A DNA stretch of 20,000 nt from Vermamoeba vermiformis (taxonomy: Eukaryota), in NCBI GenBank assembly GCA_045837725.1, contig JBEWZL010000272.1, positions 359,144-379,143 on the forward strand. The letters run 5' to 3'. The notes beneath the pieces are model-generated. The model was not told the DNA's origin. It worked only from the letters and a program-made list of their open reading frames with translations, and made no database searches. Shown here piece after piece: positions 1-9,444 of this stretch. Numbering within the stretch: position 1 is the first letter of the stretch; the number at the start of each line of letters is the position of its first letter. A program made the translations under genes and the position numbers.

Positions 1-198
1 CTAAGATAGTTTGTGATATAATTTAAGGCAGTGCACACGAGATATGTTCATAAGAAATCAAAAAGTCAGAAAATAAATCGCTTCGCCAAAAAAGGGATCC
101 CGGGAGTACGAATGAGTTACTTTCGTTGGAACGTGTCGTTTGTGCTGAAAAGATATTATACCGTGTTAGTGTAAATACTATATATAGGTGAATATGAC

Positions 199-1110
199 CT
201 AACTGATCTTCTCGGCGAATGTTGAATCCACATCCTGAACGTCGGCGACTACCACTTGCTTGTCTTCAACAATTATACTTAGATGACGCAGTAGAAGGAC
301 GGATGCACTGAATTGATAATCAAATCTTCTCGAAGCATTTTTGGTTTGCCGAATTAACGCGAGCTAACGAAAATTCTTTCGTTTTAAAGTTCGAAGCAAG
401 TGACTAACTCTGTAGACATTATAATAACTTGGATTCATAACGTTATGAAGGGATCGTACTTTTATTCTTCTAATACAATGCTAAACTTCAGTACACAATA
501 CAAATTCTGGTACAAGACAAAAAAGTGTTACGCTGCTCACTTTGATAATATCTTGCGGACTTGATCAGTTTCGGGACCTTCGTAAATGAAGACCCATGCC
601 ATCTCGCCGTTCATGTCAGGGGGTCGCTTTTTCGCGATTGAGGAGCAGGCTGTGTGCATTTGGTGGCGAAATTATAGGTCGACCACATGCAGGCAATTGT
701 ATCATCTGTAACAACGCTGCGTTTGTTCTATCCAGATCGAAGCTCAAATCGTTCGAAAGCACTGTTTAATGCTGCCGTTTGTGGCAGAAGAATAAACATT
801 AGAATACACAGTGCACGGCAAGAAGCCTCGATTTGCCACAGCGACCGATGCCCTTCCATTTTTGGAGTAAACTATTACGCTATTGGTCAGTTATTTTAAG
901 AGCGGCCAATAGAATCAATAGGCACCTCCCTAAACAAATTTTAATGTACAATGCAATCGAATGCACAGTTTATTTCGCTACACGAGGAGTACATTTATGC
1001 TCAGAATGGAACGGATCTGTTTTTCTTCTTCTTCGGATAATTGCGTCACGACTCTGGTACAACACTTGCCCACGAGGATTTTAGACCTTAACCACCTTCT
1101 TGTACTAATG
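199..1110 (-). pseudogene. Probable decayed spliced gene of unknown family
   Basis: The minus strand has a clean GTGAGC...TTAG intron (540-481) and further acceptor-like sites near 930 and 308. Protein-like fragments include STRRWLRSKILVGKCCTRVVTQLSEEEEKQIRSILS, MNGEMAWVFIYEGPETDQVRKILS and ASVLLLRHLSIIVEDKQVVVADVQDVDSTFAEKIS*. I could not join them without stops or frameshifts. Confidence 0.25.
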
Positions 1111-1273
1111 TTGTGTTTTAAAGAATGAAATTTAACTAAATACAGCGAAACTATTGGCAGGCTTATTTTTAGAATGGACCAATCGCATTTTACCGATTTT
1201 CCCTACAAAAAAAGAAATTCTGCACGAAATTTTTCTTTCAAACTCACTTTTCACATAAGCACAACACTTCAAG

Positions 1274-1408
1274 ATGGGAAGCTCTTCAAGCAAGCAACCT
1301 CAGTTCGTTAGCACCACCCGCCAATTCTTTTCAAACGATGACGACCTTATGAAGGAGTCCCCCCAAATTGTACCTGCCACTATAGCTCCCCGTGCCTTCT
1401 CACCTTGA
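1274..1408 (+). CDS. Putative 44-aa N-myristoylated microprotein
   Basis: Translates to MGSSSSKQPQFVSTTRQFFSNDDDLMKESPQIVPATIAPRAFSP*. MGxxxSK is the N-myristoylation consensus. The start context ...CAAG-ATG-G matches the histidine kinase start (CAACAAG-ATG-G). A CCAAT lies about 95 nt upstream (about 1179). The ORF is too short for the supplied track. Confidence 0.5.
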   Translation: MGSSSSKQPQFVSTTRQFFSNDDDLMKESPQIVPATIAPRAFSP

Positions 1409-1659
1409 GTCAGATGAACATTAGTAGATAGTAGTATAAGGCTTGACTCCAATTTTGTAATTGTACTCTCAAATAAAAGGACTTTGCACGAGTACATTCG
1501 CGAAACTACTTTGTAACGGGACTATCGAAAAAAAAAACTACTAAATGTTCAAACTCGCTGTATTTTGCATTCCGTAGCGTTCTCAAGAAGCATACCTGGG
1601 ATTTCATGTCACTTCAAGATGGAGGCTAAAATGATCCGGTTTTTATAATAAACCTCGCA

Positions 1660-1727
1660 TTCTGATTGGTCAATTTTATTTAAAGAATTTCTGATTGGTC
1701 CAATTTATTTTTGGAACTTCTGATTGG
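1660..1727 (-). promoter_or_regulatory. Three tandem CCAAT boxes (CCAATCAGAA) at a 29-nt period
   Basis: TCTGATTGG occurs at 1661, 1690 and 1719, with similar AT-rich spacers. This matches the NF-Y/CBF consensus and the typical ~30-bp spacing of multiple CCAAT boxes. Confidence 0.55.
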
Positions 1728-2307
1728 CTCGTTGTATTTATGGAACCCCGCGAGGGTAATCTCCGAGTAAGGAGATGATAAAACTTTGCTACCTGGTCGA
1801 ATACAGCTCACTCCGCTTTGCCCTACTTGGTGCTGTCGGATGTCGTCTTATTAATTGCATTAATGTTCCGTACATATGATGCTATTATTGGACTTATGTC
1901 CTCCAAAATCCTTACTCTCAATGCATTATGAGCCATGGATAGAAATTCTGTCAATTGCAATTCGCTCTAGGTGGATCACGACCGATAAACTCGTACGCTG
2001 TTGTAACTACCGTAAGGAGGTCACTATTTGCTCAAACGGATTTTTTGACCTTGTGCACGCCATAAACATGCCGCCCTATGGCACGTTTACGTTCCCAACT
2101 TATCGCCTCAGGCGTACGTATGTTTTGTTACAATTTCGTTTAGAACACGACATTAGCTTTAAAAATGATCTAAACGAGCAACGGTCATTTTGAACTTGTT
2201 TATCGGGAGGCAACTCTGTACCTTCTTCACTAATGAATTTTAGAATTGAACTCTAACGCGTAAGAAACAAATAAATAAAGTTTATAAAATACTCCTCGTA
2301 TTTCTTG

Positions 2308-4292
2308 TTAGAAATTGTAAGTAATGTCGTAAAAAGTGCGCACAGCCACGAGATTTTCATCGATCCACTTGGCCAGCTCTGCATCGACTGGTTGATATTG
2401 CCACAACGTCAGCGAGTGCGTCGGATCTGCTAACAGCGCTTGAGCCACATTCCACGAGTCTAATAATAGAGTAATAATTAATACATTATTATTAGCAAAA
2501 TTCGGAAAAATGCTCAAAGGACGATGGTATTTTAAAATGAATTGAATTTTCCGACTCGGCCGATGTTTTCCATAGAAGGAAATGCTCTAACGCGAGATAT
2601 ACTATGTTTGGTAAACTCTATTTAAGGCGACACTTACTGCGCAATATTCTAACTTCGAGCGCGAAAGTGATGTGCGTGATTTCAGGCGAATATCTGTTGC
2701 TGTAGTAGAGCATGTCGTTGATGTTGGTCGCGCTGTATCTAATAATAGGAACAAAAAAATATAAGATTTATATATTATCAGCGATGTACAATAGAACTTC
2801 GAATTCAATTGAAAAATTAAGAAAAAATTTGATTGGACTCTAATAATATAGCTATTATTATTGTTATAGCTATTTTAGGCAATCGAATAATTAATGAATT
2901 AATTAAGCTAATAATTTCACGATCAATCCACGAAAGCATGAAAATTACAATGAAATTGATTCGAAGATAAAATCATTGAGCTTGATCCGCCTTATTATAC
3001 TAAACTCAAGTGGTATATGACAATATTAATGCACTTACTTGGCAGTCGTGGCGTTAGTGACACCACTCATGGCCCAGCCCAAGCTGAGTGTCGCACTCGG
3101 CAACAATTGGCGGCACGTGTAGATGAACCAGTTGGGGTCGAATAAGGAGCGACCACCGCCTAGTGTAGAGAACTCGGATTAATAGGCGTATCATATATAG
3201 TAATATTTGTTGTTAAGTTCCGTGAGGAGGTTTGGATCTCTATTACCAAATAAGGAGAAATTTAATTACTGTACGTAGTAAAATTAGGAACGTATAAAAA
3301 TGACTCGAATTTTCATAATAAGCGTCTATTGTAATTTCAACGTAATTAATTCGATTGATTTCCTTTTTTGGTAATTTAAATGTAGAGTGTCAAGAGGGCG
3401 ATCTGGCCCGTTCTTGCATTGTACGTACCAGGACCAGAGACAATATCAGCATTGAGCATAATAGGCATCTTATTCGTATTAATGGTTTTGAGCCAATTCA
3501 GCGCTGGTTCAACTGCCGCCATTTCTTTGAAATCCAACTTGAATCCTCTTTTCGGTCCAGATGTGGCGTTCAAAATCGACAAAACGAATTCATGTAGAGT
3601 TAAATCGCTAGTCTTATTAGGCGGATGAGCCATAATTAATTCGCCAGTTGAAGACAAGCTCACATCTGCCTCGATCATGTTCGTTACGTTGTTATTCAAA
3701 ACTTGTCTTAATGTCGCTCTATCATTGACCCCGTGGCTCCATTTAATTTGTGTGCCATCTTCTACGTCAAAATATTCATATAATACACTCATTTCAAGGC
3801 CTGGTCGTGCATCTGAAAATTGAGATCGTTAGATCAACTTTTCTATCGAGGTTATAGCATTATTTTGCACGTATTTAGTTTCAAAATAATATTTAAAGTA
3901 ACATATTACAAAAAACAACGTATGAAATGCAAGACAGTTTTAAATCTGAAAGGGCAAACCAAATTTCGGATCTGGTATTATTCTGCTTTAAATAACTTAT
4001 TGCACCAATAATAAATATACACTCGCTATGTTAATGTTATTTTGAGTGATACGATAAATATCCGGAATTTTTTGAATTATTTGAATAAATAGCCGTTGGA
4101 TCAACTTACTTCGATGCACGTATGAGAACAGGCCCGTGAATAATATAATAAATCCAATAAATAAAAATCCGACAGCGTGGAGTATTCTTTTTTCCCTCTG
4201 CGTGCTGTTGTCAAGATGAGATTAGCGGTTAGCCAAACAAACCAGATGTGAGCTTACTAAGGGTCTAAATTAGGGTTATATTCTTCTTGCAT
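2308..4292 (-). CDS. FAM151: FAM151/menorin-like PLC-like phosphodiesterase (DUF2181) with N-terminal TM anchor, 6 exons, ~295 aa
   Basis: Exons 4292-4258, 4204-4110, 3812-3429, 3159-3039, 2738-2638, 2459-2308; all GT-AG, 888 nt in frame. FAM151-type motifs WSHGVN, MIEADV, IMAHPP, KLDFK, LNADIVSGP, LSLGW and SLTLW are present. Exon 2 encodes a hydrophobic helix, ILHAVGFLFIGFIILFTGLFSYV. Confidence 0.88.
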
Positions 4293-4440
4293 GGTTATAC
4301 TGTAGTTGTTGTTTTATATACAGAAGCACGAACAGTAATTGGGACCGCTAAACACAAAAAGGCAAGTATGGCACGTGCTTTTTTGAATTTGATCTGTCTT
4401 GACTCCTTTATGTTGTTTGGATGGAAAAGAAGGACTTGCA

Positions 4441-5350
4441 GCGGTTATAGAGCGTTTCGCTGTTTATTCAAAGCCACTCTCGCCAAGAGACTGATCTCGA
4501 GATCGTACTTCTCTCCGCATCTGGCAACTCACCAGAGATTGACAAACAATAACGAAGTCTAGACGATCGTAGAGAGGTCCTTAAAGAAAGAATTTCCTCA
4601 AATTGAAGCCAATGCCTGAAGGCGAAGCTTATTCTTCGGTCCTCAACGCATTTTTGAGCTTGACGCTGGAACGAGAGAATGGTTGGACCAGCGAAACGAA
4701 AAAGACTGGCGTTGTGGTTCATGAACGGCAGTTTTTCATGAAATAGCAAATCTCGCGTTGTATCTCCGGCTTCTCCAAGGCAGTAATCATTGGAAATCTG
4801 GCTTATTAGAGCTCACAGCTTTCGTACCTCGGTCAAATTCGACAGTCTACGATCCATACTCGAAGCTGAACCAGGTTTAGTTTCGGATGCGGATTTGTAA
4901 CGGCTCAGATCTCGGCTTGGCAGTATCCTGGAGCATTCCGAGTAGTGAATATGTTGCACTTATGGCATGTTGATAACATGGCAACAGCTATTTAGCGTCC
5001 ACAACGTAGTGGCTCGTAGATCCGCAATCGGCCTTGGTTCCTGTGATGAAGAATCAGCTCGTAGTTGCATATTATCATAGTATAAGACTGACCTATTAAT
5101 TTCCTTGGATTAGCCAACGTTTACACGAGGCAGAGAGAGGAAACGAGCGAAAGATTGCGCAGTAAATTTCGTTCCAACCAAGTTCTTCGGCAGACCAAAA
5201 CAAAAGTCCAGCCAAAAAGCGTGTAACGATTCATGAACGATTTTGTTCTCAGAATATTCCTATTTTTATCGGCTATTGGCAAGCCACAAGCGTGCTCAGA
5301 TCTCGGTTTGCCGACATCGTAGAGGTACTAAAGTTGCTGTTAGTATACTG
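4441..5350 (+). pseudogene. Possible decayed gene with START-like and kinase C-lobe-like remnants
   Basis: One frame from 4441 reads ...KPLSPRD*SRDRTSLRIWQLTRD*...RKNFLKL...ENGWTSETKKTGVVVHERQFFMK*, which is START-domain-like but has several stops. About 5268-5350 reads IGYWQATSVLRSRFADIVEVLKLLLVY*, resembling the kinase CW...RP.F..IV..L motif. The region is richer in GC than the flanking introns. Confidence 0.25.
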
Positions 5351-6218
5351 AATAGAGTCATATAATGCTATGCATTACTTGATATTTTGAAGAAAGCGAG
5401 CAGAGTCCGGATGTTGAGTCAGAGTAACCTAAATCTGGCTTTGTCGAAGCCTATCTTCAACAGACTAGTTCAATGACGAACCATTCATGCTTATCTCGTT
5501 ATTAAACTTAACTTGCTGCTATAGAGCCATCAGCATGCTCCTGAACAAATAACCAATTAGTTTGTTTGAGTAGTTCGTTGCTCTTCGACCCAAACCAGCT
5601 CAACTCAAAGTACTTATATAATTATTAGCGAATGGTTGTAATACAATATCTCTAAAGGATCGGAGAACGGTTGGTTGTCTTAGCCAAACCGGGGCTTACT
5701 TGGACTATGATTAAAATTTTCTATTCTACTGGAATAATATAAATCCTATTATATTGAAAGTTCCGTACGTAGGTAAGAATCCTTTGCTGCTTAAAAAAAT
5801 TTGAAAATTAAAAAGTTTCAAATCTCCGATCCCGAGCTGTAATTAATGTAATAAATTCTCGTTCGGGTATTGCGATATTTACGTGCACAGATGTTAATTC
5901 TTACCAATAGTATTTAAGAGAAAAAAGTTCCGCGCGAGATTTGGTAAACTAAATCCACTTCGGACCTTTCCGTAATGCTCATTGATTAGCAATGGTACGC
6001 TAGTATGTTGTATAGTTCATCATATTTAATTCAACTAACCGGGCAAGGTACCAAAATTCCTTCATGATGAAATCCGGCTAGGAAACTCGATTAATTTTCG
6101 ATTTTTCAGGCAAAGTGTCACATACTGACGCGTGGAGCAGTTTGAATTACACAAGACCAACTGTGGTACATAAATGCGCTTGTCCACGTCTTAAATTCGG
6201 TTATATTCATCCAACAAG

Positions 6219-9200
6219 ATGGCATCCGAAACAAGAGAAGAATTATTGAAAGAACTGCAACGTTTACGCGAAGAAAATAAACAACTCGAATGTAATACGA
6301 CGCAGCAAGCTAAAAATGCAAAAATTATTCTTGATGGCATGCAACAAATGGTTTTACTTTGGGATCTGGAAGGAAAAATTCTGACGGCAACTTCAACTTG
6401 TTTAAAGACAGCAAATATATCGATAGAAGAGTCTAAAAATAAGCCAGCATGGTAATATTAATATTATATTACATACTAGCGAATATTCGATTCAAAGTTC
6501 AAATAACTGGTCGATAATCTTATTAATTTATTTTAATTGCGTTAAATTGAATCAATTTGCTGGTTTAATACGCCCCATATTACATTATTATATAATATGA
6601 TGGCTAATATAAATTAGTTCGGTTCAATATCGAAAGTCAAGATTCGATCTGCTGAACTAACGACATTTTTTCAGGGATGTTGGAATGTTCGATGATAATG
6701 AGCGCAAAAAAGTGCAAACATATTATACGAACCTTATTCAAACGAAAAAACCTCAATTACAACGGACTGCTGCGTGGGATCACTTTTTTGGATCGAAACA
6801 AAAAATCATGATGGAGATGCTCTTAAATCCAGTATTCAAAGACGGTACGTATATATTAGTTAGTATTGTTTCAAAATATTAGGGCACTGTTTGAAATTAA
6901 TTTTGTTTGTGGTCGTATTTTTCGCAGATTCGATCTGTAACACTGACTTTTTGCTAACCTTCCCTTAAAATTCAGAAACGAGCGAAGAGCTCGAATATAT
7001 TATAGTCGAAGCGTGGAATATAACCCAAAAACATCTCGCGGAAACTGAATTGGCAAAGAAAATTGAAGAAATGCAAAGTTTGACAAGTCGCGTCCAAGAA
7101 ATCGATGCACTGCGCAGTAAATTTCTTGCTAATATTAGCCATGAGCTGAAGACCCCTTTGGCACTTATTTTAGCTGCGCTGGATAAAATGAAATCGATCC
7201 ACGAAGGCGAAAATGGTTCGGAAAATTCGTTGAGCACATCCAGCGAAGATGATGCCAAATCATTAGAAGTCATCAAACTCAATTCATTTACACTACTAAA
7301 GGTATGTATATGATATATGGACGATTAAGAGCTCTTCGTAAATTAGTTTGCCGTAATCTAATTGATGTAGAAAAATTCGTCACAGAGAATTCTCCTTTTA
7401 TGGCAAATCGCAATATATTTTCATCTTCGAATACATCTTAGTATTACCTATATATAATATAGTGCCGTTATCGTTTATTCTTTTCACTAACGAATACTTT
7501 TTTTCGGATGCATCCAGTACGTGAATGATCTGCTGGAAATTTCGAAGTTAGATACGGGCAAAATAGAAATGATATACAGCCAAGTCATATTCACCGATTT
7601 TATCAAAAGAATTGCTTCACATTTCGAATTACTAGCAAAAGAAAATCAAATCAATTACGAGATTCAAATGCCCGATCCATTCGCAGCGCACATCGATATT
7701 GATAAGATGGAGAAGACCTGCTTTAATTTAATATCAAATGCATTCAAGTTCACGCCACAAAATGGAAATATAAGAATAAGGTGCGTAATTACATCGTAAA
7801 ATTATTTTCAATTTGGTATACCGCAACAGTAGATCCGGTATACAATTAATTAGATCAACAAATAACGGTATTATTCCATATTAGTGAATTTCGGATTATT
7901 GTTTTTCAATTTTTTTCTTGATTTTCTTTGTTTGGCCGTTTATCGAAAAAACTCGAATCGAATCAAAAATATTTGCATTAATTTTATTACCAAATAAAGA
8001 GTTCGCTCCGAATCTCCGACGATAGAACAGTTGCAAGGATCAGTCGAGGTCTCCGTGTCAGATTCGGGGCCCGGATTAATTCCCGAAGTTCAAGATCGCG
8101 TGTTTGAACGGTTCAATCAAAACGTGCCACGTGCCGCTGGTGGCACTGGGCTGGGTCTATCAATAGCCCACGAATTTGTGCAATTACATGGCGGCAGCGT
8201 GACGATCGCTACATCCGAATTTGGTGGCGCGGAGTTTTTACTGAAATTTCCGATGTTTGCGACAGCAGGCACCAAGATCCACTACAACTTTGTAAATAAT
8301 TCAACGAGCAATACGAATAAGACTAAAGATATATATAAGAAGATAGAAGACATCAAAAAATCATCGCCCATCTCGGATGTAGCGGCGCAGACATTAGCCG
8401 ATCTGAAATTGAACAGAACCAACATGCCCGATGAAGCAGCATACGCAGAAGCGGAAAAACGGATAAATACAGTGACACGTGTCAAGGGCCCGTTCTCGAG
8501 TCAGCCCCTGCCAGAAGGCGCGGAAAAACCTTTAGTCCTGGTCGTGGAGGACAACATTGCCATCGGCGAGTACATTCAAAAGATCTTGCGCGAGGACTAC
8601 AGAGTGGTGTATGCCTATAACGGTGAAGATGGACTCATGAAGGCGAGGAAATATCGACCTGATTGCATTGGTACGTACTACTCAGATCTTGTTGTAGTTG
8701 GATCCGGATCCAAACCCTTTAAAACTCCCTTTTATTATCGACCTTATTGATCCAAATAATAATATGATCTTATGTTATAATCAGTATTATTTGATCGAAA
8801 GCGGATCCGGATGTGATTGACGATCGATGACTTTAACCGCGTTGAGAGTTTGACACTAATGATTGTTTTCCTATTATAGTAACGGACTTGATGATGCCGC
8901 TCATGACGGGAGATCGAATGATTGCAGAAATTCGTAATAGTCAAAATATGGATATTATTCCGATCATCATTTTGACGGCCAAAGAAGACGATAAAATGCG
9001 CATTGCATTGCTACAAAATGGCGCGCAAGATATCATTGAAAAACCATTCAACGCATCAGATCTGCTGGCACGTGTCAATAATTTAGTCCGCACGAAAGTC
9101 ATGTGGCAACAACTCGTCACGGCCATTGCGAAAAACAACGAGGGCATTGAAGAGCTCATGGACGATTTGTCTTATTTATTTAAAAATCCGCAATTGTTGG

Positions 9201-9313
9201 ATGAAGTCTTGACCAAAGAAAACGAAGATAGTAATAACAATAATAATAATAATAATAATAACTCTCAAGGTTCTTCGTCACGGCGTGGATCTCAAACTCG
9301 AAACAACAAATAA
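6219..9313 (+). CDS. Hybrid sensor histidine kinase (PAS/PAC - HisKA - HATPase_c - receiver), 6 exons, ~698 aa
   Basis: Exons 6219-6451, 6675-6844, 6976-7301, 7518-7780, 8000-8670, 8880-9313; 2097 nt in frame. H-box FLANISHELKTPL, N-box NLISNAFKFT, G1 DSGPG, F-box FERF and G2 GGTGLGLSI are present. The receiver has VLVVEDN, IVTDLMMP (phospho-Asp, rejoined by splicing), ILTA and KPF. The N-terminus is PAS/PAC-like (LWDLEGKIL...NPVFKD...VEAWNIT). No TM helix seen. Confidence 0.95.
8698..8713. repeat. Perfect 16-bp palindrome in intron 5 of the histidine kinase gene
   Basis: TTGGATCCGGATCCAA is its own reverse complement. A related GGATCCGGAT recurs about 100 nt downstream (about 8803). Confidence 0.6.
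9233..9262 (+). repeat. (AAT/AAC)10 microsatellite encoding poly-Asn
   Basis: Encodes the N10 run in the C-terminal tail of the histidine kinase. Confidence 0.9.
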
Positions 9314-9444
9314 ACGCGGAACAAAACGTAATTAATCGGCAATCGAGTCAATCATCAAAGTCTAGTAAGTATAAACTATATTACAGTTATATAAATACAA
9401 ATATACAGTTTTTCGCCGGTGTCAAATAGACCGAGCACTTCGTT

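Noticed and set aside
687-1497. Short ORFs 687-899, 833-1084 and 1300-1497
   Set aside because: No protein-like features. The last one is antisense to the better-supported myristoylated smORF.
1660-1727. CRISPR-like or minisatellite interpretation of the 29-nt periodic repeat
   Set aside because: There are only three units with a ~10-nt conserved core equal to the CCAAT consensus, in a eukaryotic context with no cas genes.
1876-2193. 105-aa plus-strand ORF
   Set aside because: No recognisable motif or splice structure, so it is likely a chance ORF.
4441-4800. Stop-codon reassignment or selenocysteine readthrough to explain the in-frame stops
   Set aside because: TGA, TAG and TAA all interrupt the frame, and all three serve as normal terminators in intact genes in this window.
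6219-9313. Reading the histidine kinase ORF fragments as a prokaryotic operon or a frameshifted pseudogene
   Set aside because: Every gap is bounded by GT...AG with matching phase, and splicing yields one intact 698-aa protein.
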